From contig NC_135264.1 in NCBI RefSeq assembly GCF_964204865.1, positions 9,982,001-10,046,000 of the forward strand: 64,000 nt of DNA. Direction: 5' to 3'. The notes under the pieces are model-generated. The model saw only the letters and a list, made by a program, of their open reading frames with translations. It searched no databases and had not been told where the DNA came from. This document shows positions 41,035-54,600 of this stretch, one piece after another; position 1 is the first letter of the stretch; each line of letters starts with the position of its first letter. The stretch is from Styela clava (taxonomy: Eukaryota). The translations under genes and the position numbers were made by a program.

Positions 41035-44000
41035 ATGGTCATGGATGGAGACGAGAAATTTGGAAATGAGAAAGTCCTAAGAAAAGCTAGGAAAAAAGTG
41101 AAGTTGTTATTCTACTGGAAGACAATTGGAATATTGTTAGCAATATCAGCAGTCGCAGCTTTACAAACCCTACAAACCAGCATCAATATTGAAGACGATA
41201 TCGGTATGTTTAAACTAAAGCAAAAACTTGAAGCCATAATTTGCTTGATTTATCTAAATCCCAACGAAGTACAGTAGTTCTTTTAGCTTTGCGACGCGAA
41301 GGTGTGCTATCACCGACCCAATCAACTTAAGCAAGACAAGATAATCATAAGTAAACAGCAGAGTCCTAAATTAACTGATATTCATTTTCAGGGGCCATCG
41401 CCTTGACAGCGGGGTATGTCGCTTCCATATTTTTCAGTCTCCTCTGCGTTCCAGCATTGCTGAGACTATCGGGGCCAAACGTAGCTCTGGTCGTCGGTGA
41501 CATTTGTTTCTTGATTTATTGCTTGACAAACTTTTACCCAGGTAAGTGATGCACATCATGCTTGTTTTTATGTGTGTACCTCCGCATTATATTGTTCGAA
41601 TGTGAGGAATGTCATTTCAAAATAGGCAACTACTGCGTGAATCTCGACTTTCCAAAATGGAAGTTTGTAATACTATAACCCAGTTATAAGTATGATATTT
41701 CACCGTTAAAGTTCATAAAACTGAAATACACTGCGGAAATTGATTTTTATCCGAAATGGTCCGATTGTCCATAGATTTAATGACTGGGGCTAGGGTAGTA
41801 ACAGACTGTATCAATAGTTTTAGAAAATTAGTATTGAAACCCGAAACCACAAGAAATTTATATTAAAAGTCTATTATCAAAAAATTTCAATCTCATAAAA
41901 CTTACGCGTTTCTAAAAATAAAATCTTGCAAAATTGCAGCACTATAATCGCCATTAGTGCGAAAAAAAGATACCAATTCGTTGCCAATACCTCAAACCCA
42001 TTGTGTTTCCAGAATTATACGTTTTAACATTCGGCGCAGTCATCAGTGGAATAGCTAGATCTGTTTTCTTCCCAACTTACACAATTCTGGTTATGGAAAT
42101 AGCATCAACATGTACTGAATTTTCAACATCAAAGCCAGAGAAATATTACTTCAACTACTTTCAGAGCAGATTTTATGGAATGCTGGAGAGTTCGTCAGTA
42201 AGCATTATATAAATATCGATCGTTCAGTAGAAATCTAAAGTACAGATATAAGAATTTCTCACAAAAATACCGCCACAGAAATATTGATACAAACAAAAAA
42301 CTTCATCTGTCCTCAATGAGTCCCACCCTGTTTTCATTGTACATAAATGTTATATTGTACATAAATTTTTAAACGACAACTATATTTAGCAAGTTTGTCT
42401 TCTTATGTTTTACACAGGTTCTAGTATTTGTGCGCTCAGTTTTATTTCAGACAAATGATACAATTTCCGCATTGTTATTCTCTAGAAATTTTCGGCGCTT
42501 CAGAAGTATGTTCACCAAGATGGCGCACAACCTGAACCCTAACCGGGTACTCATACTATGTTCAGGATGTGCGCCATCTTGGTGCACATACTTCTGGAGC
42601 TCCAAATTTTCTGATTTTTTGGGCACGAAATGGACTTATGGGTCGTTTTGTCATTATGTTGTTGTGGTTAGTATTTTTCTACTTTTGTGAAAAAAACCGC
42701 TTTTCTTCTGAAATACTGGACCAATTGCTTTGTAGTACTCTTCTTGTTGTAGCCAGAGGGCTATCTTTAATTAATTAATTAATTTAATTAATAAAATTCT
42801 GTGGGCTATATAGAATTCGTTTTTCACTTCGAAATTTGTGAGAGGACGTCATCAAAATAAAAAAATGCGCATGTGTGGCGGTTCCCATGGCCCCATATAT
42901 TTGAACAGTGCTCTCATGTTATTTAGATAATTGGCAACATCTTATCTTATGGAATTCTCTATGGTACAAAGTCTGCACCAGCCAACACCGAAGTATCCAC
43001 CACCCAAGAACCAAATACTACACAACAATCCAACACAACCTGGAATCCTACAGACCCTTATCAGTATTGCGGAGTCGATGATTGCCAGGATCCTACAGTT
43101 GTTAGCGAAAGCATCGACCAGTACGTTCCCCCAGATAAAACCAGCATCTATATTTTAATTTTCAGCGCAAGTGCACTAACAATAATATCCATACTGTTGC
43201 ACGCATTCGTGTATCCAGGATTGGGAGTGTTCAGTCACAAATTGGAGAAAGAGAAAGACAGAGTAACATCGAAAACGACAGAGCAAAAGTTTGAATCTTT
43301 AGATTCAAAGAAGAAAATTAGCGTTATATCCAATAGCATCATCGAAGAATTGGGAAACGATAACCCAGATTTTGTTTTCGGTGAGCTCGAACTCTATGAC
43401 GACAGTATTGACGGAGACACCAAAGATCCAGATAATTTGAATACATACGAAGCACAGAAGTCTATGATGGGTGAATCTAAAGATATCGGTGGTAAAGCAT
43501 CAGCAGAAACCATTGCGGTAAAAGCATTGAATAGTAAAGCATGAAATTTAATTCATCTGCGAAGTGATCCATTTAAAACAATTACAAAGGAGGGGAAAAA
43601 ATGAGTTTCTAAATTATACCACTAAATCGCCATCTTCAGAAACGCATTTGTAACAAAAATGTGTCACACATATTATTGCTTAGCTAAAATAATAACAAAA
43701 GTGCCAAAATAAAATAATTGGAAAAAATTACATAATTGTGTACCGTTGACTATTGATGAACAAGCTGCGGCAAAAGTTATATGATAAATATTGCTTGAAA
43801 ACCACACCCACAAATCAATTTCAGTTCTGTAATTCATTATCTACAAACCTACGCTGGGATGTAACCCTCAAACTATTCCGCCTATTACGTTATATTTGAT
43901 AGGTAACACAAAGCAAACCCAGTTACTGGAAAACTCTGAAAGCAACACTGTATTTTCTAATTTATCCACGATCACTGATGTTGAGCATGACAACACTACA

Positions 44001-46535
44001 CTTTGGAATGATGCTTGGATTCGTCTATGCTGATCTCACGCGAGCGTATGCATCATGTGTTGCTGGAGTTGAAATGGTGAGCTATTTAACAAAATTATAT
44101 AAACTGTTGAAATCTCACAATAATACAAAAATATCCACCGAAAGTCACTATAGCTTAGCAGTATGAATCTATACCATATGGTTTGAGATTATGTACATGT
44201 AATTGATTCATGAACGACATGAAATAATGTAAAATTTCAGAAGTTTACGAACATGAACCCTTTATCGAATTCACTAGAAAAAGGTTCCCTCCTTTAAATT
44301 TTGTACATAACTTTCGAAACCCCAAATATAACACTAGCCACCACTTGCTACGTGTCCCATTTGCTGCGGGCTTCTAACGTCCAAAACACAAAATAAAATT
44401 GGAATCATGTCATTCCGAGAAAGGGTACGCTCGAACTCTTAAAAACCCGATGAATTCCACCATCCAAGAACACTCGAAAGACTGATAGTTGCGTTTTTCT
44501 GCATCAATTGCTGATGATCTGCGTTTTTGTTAGACTTAATGGCAATGCGTTAAATAGATTTGATAAATTACCTAAATAAACTGAACGTTTAAACTCAAAA
44601 GCATATGTTGTATAAGCCGCGTGATATATGTTTCAATTTTTCTTATGTAGACGGGACTATTTGCCATGTCATTCGGAGCAGCAGGTATCCTGGCGGCTCT
44701 ACTGTACGGAAAGTTGAACTTTCCCCATCGACGACACATAATGTATGCAATATGTTGCATACTCGTGTTAGCTATGTACATCACATGCTACGTTTGGGAT
44801 CACGAGCCTAGCTCTACTTGGGTCTTGTACATAATTTTCATAGGATTTGGCGCAGTCAAGGGTTTGTTTAGACAAAATATTGTAGGTGAGTATATTCGTG
44901 ATATTTTACTGAGATCTCAATAATAATATATTCCTTAATTAAACTCAAAGACAAACGATGCAACGCGCAAAAAATATCTTACATATAGCAGACAAGCTTT
45001 AAAATCATAACAAGTCATAGATACGTAGCAGATATATCTATTCAGTCCAGAGTTGTGGAATCGGAGAAAATTTACAATCAACTTCGAGCTCAGAATTCAA
45101 ATCTAATTCTGATAACAAATGTTGGCGTATGCAAGTCCTTCATAAAAGACTGTTATGAACGCTTAGTAAAATATGAGCTTATAAAAATTTTGACTTTTAT
45201 TATTACAACTCGAAATATAAAATTCTCACTCGAAAATTAGACTTATGTAAAAATACGCCAAACTTTGACCCCGAGTCCACAGCTCTCATTCAGTCCCTCT
45301 AAAGATTTACAATCATCATTCATAACAAATCAACGTGCTATTTGACATTAGTGCCAAATCAAAATAAAATACTGCAATACATTTGAATACCCTTTCAAGC
45401 ATATTATTGTTTTCTGTATACAGAAGCCTACGCTTTACATTTCCCTGATAAGAGAGATGTCGCGTTCAGCGTTTACAACGTATGGTATACAGGCGGCTTG
45501 GCAATTCAATACGGATTCAGTACCTTTATGTGCGTTGAGGACAAATTATATACACAATTTGCATTGTATTTGACGAGTATCATATTATTTGGTAAGATTG
45601 ATATTTTATTATTATTAAGTTTGAATTTGTACTGCATCATTGATGACAAAAGAGGCAAGACACCCAATTTGAAGAAAATAATGGAATAGAGCAACAAGCT
45701 TCTTGATTTCGTTTTTAAAATGACATTTTAGACTAAATTAGTTCAGTGTGTTTTCATGGGCAATATCACTAGGGCGGACTAGGACTCCCATTCCTTATAT
45801 GGTCAACGATGTGACGTCATAGCGCGTCCTAGTTCATCACCGGGTCTTCGTCCTAGTATTCAAGGAGCTTATGCGTCATTTTCCGTTATAGCGACTTACG
45901 ATCTTTCTCGCAGATGACATTTTAGTGGACTTTTCAGGGTGTCCACCTGGGTTCAAATCTGTCAGTTATAAGGTCGGGCATGGCAAGATTACTCGATTAT
46001 CGATAAGTATATTACCTGCGACATGAGATATATTATAACATATACGTGACAAACTTTTTATGACAATAAACATTTAGAGTAAACTAAACGTTTAACGTTA
46101 CCGTTATCGCTCAATAACTTTTCAATTGCCCATAATGCACCTCAACTTTGAAATCTTGATTGCATGGAAACAGATCGCGGTTTCGTGTCATAGTCCGCCC
46201 CATGGTGCGACCGCCCGACTGCGTTTTAGTATGGCCCAGGTACCTTGCCATGCTAACTAATCTGAATGTTGGCATTACACAGTTAGAATGCTGTACGGCC
46301 CAAGATCAATCTACCAAAGCTCCGAAGTATTGAATATTGATTATATTGTATTTATATGATTATATTTTAAATATTCCAATAACATATTATTTGTAATACG
46401 AATTCCAAAAATAGTTTTTTAAACTGTATATCACTGATATATTTTCCAGTGGTGGTTGAAGTCGTTTATATGAGAAAAAGGGATGAATCCGGATCCGGAA
46501 AACACAAGGAAGAGATTTCCAAGACAAAACTGTGA
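41035..46535 (+). CDS. UNC-93-like MFS protein, copy 6
   Basis: Same layout; exon 4 from 42927 reads open through CGVDDCQDP...QYVPP; ends SKTKL*. Confidence 0.87.
42494..42603. mobile_element. ~110 bp hairpin MITE, family copy B (opposite orientation to copy A)
   Basis: ggcgcttcagaagtatgttcaccaagatggcgcac...gtgcgccatcttggtgcacatacttctggagctcc with perfect 8-bp TSD aaattttc. Confidence 0.8.
42620..42890 (+). repeat. Dispersed repeat family copy
   Basis: Same blocks as 25250-25510. Confidence 0.7.
45772..46200. mobile_element. Possible MITE in the last intron of copy 6
   Basis: Inverted termini gggcggactaggac / gtcatagtccgccc (13/14); no clean TSD. Confidence 0.45.
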
Positions 46536-46864
46536 TAATTTCAATATCTTGTCGAAAGTGTCACAATTCAAACGCGCATTTCACTTCACAGCAGACCTTA
46601 AGCGGAGCATTGGGGAAAGACGGCGTGCAAGATAATTTCTGCGGAACTACGCACTTTGACGCACATTAAATCTATCTCAATGCACATGTTCATCTAATAA
46701 CGAGAATTTGCGTATTCACTGCTTAATTTTATAATATCAGTGCAATAAAATACAATTAGAAATGTTCATGTATTATCATATTATGCCAGTACGGACATAG
46801 TATAAAATACTTGACGTTGCTCAATGAGTTGTCGTATAGTCAACAACAAGTATATAAAGTAATT

Positions 46865-47581
46865 TCAAATATCAATCTCACAAATAGCTCGCCTTTGTCT
46901 ATCACAATTAGTGTCATCTAGCTTTAGGTGTTCTAGCCACAAGGTACAGCAGTTTCCAGAACGATGGTCCGAAGGCTCTCGTGGGGCCCACAGTGAGCTT
47001 GTGGAAGACAAAACATCTCCGGTACTCCATACAAAAACTCCTTCATTATCAATATCATTGAGGCCAATCCAAAACGACGATTTTTCTTCTGTAATTTTGT
47101 CGAAAATTCTTCTGCGAGTATTTACATCGAGAATTCCCTTTGTCAGCAACCTGCCGCCCTTATTTTGGCACATGATTTCAGCTTCGTACCAATTCATTTG
47201 ATTCGCAGAAAAGAAAAATGCCATATCTCCAAAAACGACCAATCCGCTAGCTTTCCACAACACCGCCTGCTTTCTCTCCAGTTGCCTTATTCGTTCTTCG
47301 TAAGCCAAAATCGCGTCAGTGGAGATTTCAGCACTTCTACCTGGAGGCCCTTTGTCCCCTTTAGGACCGACGTCACCCAGATTTCCTTTGGGGCCGATAG
47401 GTCCGCGTTTGCCAGGCCTCCCTGGTTTACTGGCTGAACCAGGTATTTCCAAAATATACCCTGACCCATTGGGCCTTTCTTCAAGCCTACAACATTGGTT
47501 AGCGGAAGATACGTGTATTATAAGACACAACAATACGATAAAAAGACTTTGATTGACTCGCTGCGTACGCGGCTGCATCAT
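46865..47581 (-). CDS. Collectin (signal peptide, Cys-Cys, ~10 Gly-X-Y triplets, coiled-coil neck, C-type lectin domain), intronless CDS
   Basis: Hydrophobic N-terminus; GRPGKRGPIGPKGNLGDVGPKGDKGPPG; neck YEERIRQLERKQ; CTLD motifs FWIGLND..EG.F.W, EPS and the canonical cysteines. Confidence 0.92.
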   Translation of the reverse strand: MMQPRTQRVNQSLFIVLLCLIIHVSSANQCCRLEERPNGSGYILEIPGSASKPGRPGKRGPIGPKGNLGDVGPKGDKGPPGRSAEISTDAILAYEERIRQLERKQAVLWKASGLVVFGDMAFFFSANQMNWYEAEIMCQNKGGRLLTKGILDVNTRRRIFDKITEEKSSFWIGLNDIDNEGVFVWSTGDVLSSTSSLWAPREPSDHRSGNCCTLWLEHLKLDDTNCDRQRRAICEIDI

Positions 47582-49399
47582 TTATAACTTGTGATAACAG
47601 CATGTGATTAACTGTAATAAAAGATGCTTACGGGCTAAAAATAAAAAACTCACGAGTCAAACGTTTTTTAAATGTCTCTAGGCGTACAAATTTTACAGAA
47701 TATTAAATAGTTTATCGAAGTAGACTTATATAGTGAAAATTACGCGTGATCAGCGACACTTTATATCTAATATGACCGAAATTTTTAAAATTGCAGACAT
47801 TTGTTACCGAAAGTACTTACTCTGAGCACTTAATTACTAGTCGAATTTTATGGTGTATAAAAGGCTTGTTTTGACAAATATTCATCATAATGCTCGCATG
47901 ATCCATATACAAAAATTAATTCATATATATAATTTGCTGACTTTGGTATACAATAGAAATATGAACAACTTGATTGTTAGATTCTGTCATATAAATCGTC
48001 TTTGTCTTCGTGGTCAGATTGTTTTACACGCATTTCGTTATTACTGACTACTGAATATTGCTCCTATTTGTATTGGTCTAATGCACAAAGTAATATAATA
48101 TCGAAAAGGCAAGACCGTTGCACATATCCTAGTACGCACAACAAAATGATCCGCAACAGACGTAGTATCATTTCTACACGCCGATAAACCATTTAAGTAT
48201 AAAAAGCAACCATAACTGAATGGCCTGTATAAACCACACAACATCATTACAAGTATGCCAAAAATTGTACGCAAACAAGTACGCATAAAATTGTATATGA
48301 AATAGGTGATATAATTCTGTCTTGTTTTGAAAATGAATGGGCGCGATCGTCAAAGTAGCAGAGGTTATTCAGGTATACGACATGAAAGCCTAAGAACATC
48401 ACGTGCGACGTAAATATACTTCTTTCGGCTCTATACATTACTATTTCGCTGAGCAGCCAGCCACTGCTAGGAGAGAACCCCAACTGTTTGGATGTACAAA
48501 GAAATGTCCCACAACAGATGAGGTTTGATGGAAAAGCTAAGGGTATTAATGTTCAACAAGTCGATAATGCTTTGACAATATGGCGGTGGAATAAAGTTGC
48601 ATCCAATATCGAAAAATAATCATGTTATGTTCATAAGATTGTTGAGTCTGGGCATTGTCGCATTGTTAGGATGAAATCCCACATGAAAAAAAGTGTATGC
48701 ACGATCTTGATGCTTGATCGATCTATGTTATAAATTTACCGAAACAAATTCTTTTATATCGCTATGCAAAATATGTCATATTAGTACAATATTTGAATAC
48801 ACCATGCCTCAACAAAACGTGGTGCGCATACACATATATATGTATATTGTGATTCTGTGAATACATAGAAATTTGTGCAATTTGGATGAGAATGTCTAAG
48901 AGCGCAGCGAATCATACATTTATGTTGTAGGTACAGTACAATCCAAACCGCTGACTGGATTGCAAATGCCAATGCCCGGGCATGTTTATCTTTATTTGTG
49001 CCGAGTCATCGCAGTTTACCGACACGATTTAGCCGATGTGAACGCGCATGAAGTATAGAGATAATGAAGTCACTTTCACAAACAACGTACGTAAAGTGCA
49101 AGCTCATCGTACAATTCAAATAGAAAAATAAATTGTGCAGAAAATGTTCAACCGCTCGCAGCAGCCGATTGCATTGTAGAAATACACTCAGATATCGCCG
49201 TGTATAGCAAAAATGAATAGAATAGGCTAAACCCCGACCTCGAAGTTTTAAAAAAATAACTCCGCTTCGACAGCTGTTTGGAAACTCCGAGTAAATCAAA
49301 TTTTGGCCACAAAAACTTCGCAGCCTATTTTTAAATATTTACTGGGAACGCTCACTTAAGTTCACGCTTTTTAGTACCTGTCGGAATTTTGATTACTAC

Positions 49400-50152
49400 T
49401 GTGGCGTACCAAAATTGATATCACCACTCAGGTTCTTTCTGCCAGCTTCTTGGACGTTGTAATTGCTATAGATGTCGATCACAAAATAATCTTCTTGCGG
49501 TTCCAAATACAGCAGAGTAACTAAGTTAACTAACTAGATTAATTATACACCTGTAAAAACTTAATACAACCAAATACTCCAATAAGAAATACAATAAACA
49601 AATAAAAACATGAAAAACACAGTACAAATACCGTAGGATACATACGAAACCAAAAGATACGGAATTGGTCTATGACGTCACAGTCATGAACTATTTACTT
49701 ATAATGGGATACTAAAAACCGGGTAAAACATACCTAGATATACAAGAATAACTAGTATGACACTAAAGATACAACACAAATCCTATCTTATCGACAAACA
49801 CGTAATAGACATTGAAATACGCATAGAAATACGGAAATCACACAGGAAATAAACTGCGAAGATAGACTAGTTACGGAAGTGTTAAATACAAGCTAACTAG
49901 TGAACAGAGCTATGCCAAACTGGAGAAATAGTAAACCTGTACTACTAATATCATTTTACAACAAGAATTACATAGATTTACGGCATTAAAACACTATAAT
50001 AATAACCTAATATACAGAGAAATATCTACACTGCCGGCAGCCTGACAAACCAGCTGAAAGAGAAAGTTACACAGCTGCTCACTAGTGACTCAAGTGGTAA
50101 GAATAAATATGGGCGAACAGAATAAAACAGGGTTATAGACGTGGTCGTCTCA
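49400..50152. mobile_element. Probable solo LTR (753 bp)
   Basis: Starts TGTGGCG and ends CGTCTCA (TG...CA, imperfect inverted ends); 4-bp direct repeat CTAC on both sides; strong A-rich strand skew. Confidence 0.55.
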
Positions 50153-51674
50153 CTACCATTGAAAGTCTGAAATTCCGACTTTCGACTTCGGTAATTTTGA
50201 AAATATGATTTCGGCTCCGGCTACAATAAAAACATGCCTAACTCCGCTTCTACAACCATGGGTATAGGTAAAACGTTGGGAAGCGGAAGAATGGAATGCT
50301 AGATCACCTTCCATATTGCGCCATCAAAATTATCCAAGGGGAGGCTTTCTATGGGCAGGCACAAAGTTAATAGCAAGCGAGTTAACAAGTTGTATAGGAG
50401 AAATTGATCTCGAAATATGTGATGTAATCATTGATGCAATGTTTTCAAGTTATTGATGTACAGACCATGACGAAATTGACCACAATAATTCGAGTCATTG
50501 CAACCTCAATTTGTTAGCTTACTTCCGGAGCTGAAATATTTTCCCGATGCCTTCGGAATGGCGCAACTATGATTTGGCAGAATCTTCTCATCAGTTAATC
50601 ATCGACATACGAATTTTAGTTGTTTTAGCCTAATGTAAATATTGCAACAGTGTCGAGACGGTGTGCTCTTTTACATCACATCGGTATCTTACGTTAAATA
50701 GGGTCATGAAAAACAAAGAGTTTTTGTGAACAAAATGGGACATCCCCATCTTCCGCTCAGGACGTCTTGCGCAACATATATTTCATCAACAGAAATACTA
50801 AAACAAAAAACAATGTGCACCTTGTTAAATTGATCAGAAGCGGTATAAGTTGGTCGAGTATATATGACATTGAAATAGGTGTAAAGATATATAAGTTAGG
50901 TTACGCAGTAGTAATTGACTGGAAAGAAGGTTAAGGGGATGCGTCTCGGGTGAGGTAATATATATTTCCAGCATAGACACTGCAACGATTCAAACTCAAT
51001 TATCGTTCAAAATAAGGCAAAAGTTAAGAATAGGGCGTCACTTTAAGGCGTATTTAAGATTTTTTAAATAAATTATGAAACAATTATAGAAATACTCGGA
51101 TCAGAATTCATGCATATACGACCTTATTTTGAGAAGAAATCAATCTCAAAATGGACCACTACTAAAAAAAACTATATGGAACGGTTATAAAGTATATGCA
51201 GATACCTAAAGATAACGAATTTAAAAGATGAGATAAAAATTAGCAACAACATCATATTATGAATTATATTGCGTCGCGTGAATCCTGTACAGCAAGACAA
51301 AGGCAAATATTGGCTTTATAACAATCAAAAACGGTTTATTGGTTTGCAAATGAATTACAACATTGTACTGTATTAATTTTAACAGGTATCGATTACTTGA
51401 GTTAAATTTTTGAACAAAATGAGTGTTGATAATTGTAAGCAAACCTATGTAATTGTTATTATATAAAGATATATACTGGAATGTAAAACTTTATTTTGTC
51501 TTTTGAATTTGACAGTACTCGCTCTGAATGACGTGACTTTGTCTATTGGTAGAAAAAGTTGAAACAATTTTCTCCAGCATGAATCTCAAGAAAACTTTAC
51601 TATTAATTCTCTTTGCAGCCAATTTTGACTTATTTTAACCTTAGACATCGAATATTAAATCACACAACTGCGTG

Positions 51675-54600
51675 ATGGATTATTCGGTAAAAGAGGCCAG
51701 GAAAAAGATTCGTCATTTGTTTTATTGGAAAACATCTGGAGTAATATTAGCTATATCTTCACTCGCTGCGTTGCAAACTCTTCAGACAAGTATAAATATC
51801 GAAGGAAATGTCGGTAAGAGAAACATACAAGCCCCATTGTGTAATATAAGAATTTTATTTAAAGATAAATTAAGCACATGCTTTGTAAAAGAGATTTTAT
51901 TATACTCGTAGTACTGTTGTGTGGTAAATACCCCAAAAGTAAGGAAAACGACTAAAACAATAGTGCATCTAGGGATGGCCAAAACCGAATGCATTTTAAG
52001 AAAATATTTTCGAATATTTTACATTTTAAATTGGGGGCAAGTTCGTGTGGAAAAGTACGTAAATCACTATATCTTTATGTTGATCATATCTAAAATGACG
52101 TAAATATGACGGTCAACGTTTCATCTGTGTTGTAAATTTCAAATTTGAATATTCTAAATTATTCCTAGATTCAAATTTGATTCGTTTTGCAAGTAGGTAT
52201 AAGATAAGGTAACTGATAGTATTTTTCACACACCACTTACAAATCTTTATCGATGAATTTGACCATAATTAAATATTTTGTGATACAAAAATAATAACAG
52301 TACAGGGAATAAAAATAAATACAAGATATGTACTTTGTTTCAGGATCTATATCACTGACTGCAGGCTACATCACATCAATATTATTTAGTGTATTCTGCT
52401 GTCCTATCATAATCAAACGTCTGGGGTCGAATGTTGGAATAGTCGTCGCAGATGCATGCTATTTGGTCTACTGTTTATCGAATTTTTATCCTGGTACGTT
52501 ACTAAGCTTTCAAAAATATCTCACGTGTATGCTAGATCGATGCTCGATCGTGAATTGAATAATAAGACTTCAGTAACTATGGAAACATAAATTACTATCT
52601 CAGTATATGTATTTATTATCTTCAAATGCAGGGGGGAACCAGCTTTTTCATAATTCACACTCAGGAATAAGTCATGTGCCAATAAATAATTTCGTCAAAG
52701 AACGAGTCAACAATATCGGAATACTGGTAAATTATTAAATGTATTAGGACTCAAAGATCAAGCTGTAATGACGATTGATAAACTGCTGTTTTGGAAAAAT
52801 ATCTATAACTAATTCAATCAACAATAAATAACACGCTGAGAAAATTGAGATATGCTGATACATTGTTCTTTTTAGAACTTGGGGTTCTAACATTCGGAGC
52901 CGTGGTGAGCGGTGTGGCAAGATCATTGTATTTTCCAACTTATACAATCTTGATAATTCAACTTGCAACTACAAGTACCGATATCGGACCACAAAAATCG
53001 GATGGATATTATTTTGACCTGTTTCAGAGCAGATTCTACACGAGTGTGGAAAGCGTATCTGTGAGTTTATCAATAAGTTTAATCGTAAACAACATCGAAA
53101 ATGGCACTTTATGCCAGCAAAAGTCATTTGGTGAACGTTTTGATTTGACTGTAGACTGAGAAGCGATCAGCGTAATACTAAATACTTAAGCAGCGCGTCA
53201 AAACAAACAAAAATACAAAGGACGGTGCTAGTCCATGATTTTTCGATAAAGAGTTATTGTACTGACCTGATAACTCGCATTTAAGAAGTTCTTTTTTTAT
53301 TCGTAGATTATCGGGAATGGCTTGTCCTACTCCATTCTGTACGGCATATCTGCAGCAATCAGTTCCGGCAGCGATGAAACTGCAATAGTACCGAATGTAA
53401 CAGCCACACCAAACATAACAACGTCAGTAGCCTTAGTCGACCCATACAGATACTGTGGCGTTAACGACTGCCAGGATCCTTCCGTTGTCAGCGAAAGTAT
53501 AGATCAGTACGTACCTCCAGCAAAAATCAGCGTTATCGTGCTCATTACAGTTGCAAGTTCCCTCTGTATATCTGCAGTTTTAATACACGCTTTGATCTAT
53601 CCTGGTATCGGCTCATTCAGTCACAAACTCGAGCAAATTAAAGAACTTGTCGTCAACAGCAATGACGTCAGCATTCACGTTTCAAACGTAACGACTGACA
53701 TCTCACTTCAAGGCGATGTCGCCGATAATAACAATAACGACACGGACAAAAAGGTTTTGGATACAGTGACTTGCTATCAAAATTCCAGCTTCAGTGATGA
53801 CGAAAAAGACATTTCGCTTAATGGATATACAATTCCTTCACCAGAAGAAAAGAAAAAAATTGACAGTTCTTCTATAACTCTGTCCGAAGATAACGTCCCT
53901 AATGAGACTAAAAATCAGCAAGATGTCGAACGTCCGGCGGATAATGATAAGAAGGTGTGTATGATAAATCCAAATGTTGCCAACATCCACTCTATATAAC
54001 TTGAATCTTGATTAAGATAGAGCTATAAATTAGCAGCTTTTATTAGGCGAACTTTCCTATTATTCTCTCGTCAAATTAATTTTGTTTCTACGTTAACCAG
54101 GAAGAAAAAGTTGAAAAGAGCTATTTGGAAATACTGAAAGCAACAGGAGTGTTTCTAATTCATCCCCAATCATTAATGCTGAGTATTTCAGTTCTCCACC
54201 ACGGAATGATGCTTGGATTTGTTTTCGCTGACATGACTAGAGCTTACGCCTCATGCGTTGCAGGAGTTGAAACGGTAAGTAAGAGAAGCCATAAAACAAA
54301 AACATGTACTTTCTTGGCGCCCCGTTGAGTAGAAATATGATTTTACCGAAACTGAATTCATAATGATTCAAGATGATATTGCCATGAGCCAGTATATAAA
54401 ATACTTGAAGAGAGCATTCAATTAATTTTTCAGAAGCAAAAATACAAAAAGTTTTTATATTTCATAAATTTAGAATTGTATGCAGATCAATACAAAAATC
54501 TAAAAGAAATTGTTTATATAAAAAATAATAACGAGTGCGCCGAAAACGCGTCATTTAAGACTGAGGGGGTTGTCATAAATGATTTCTGTTTATATATATA

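Noticed and set aside
46911-47552. Plus-strand ORFs over the collectin
   Set aside because: Antisense shadows of the collagen and CTLD coding sequence.
48000-49300. Short ORFs as a transposase or gene remnant
   Set aside because: No recognisable motif in the frames I examined.
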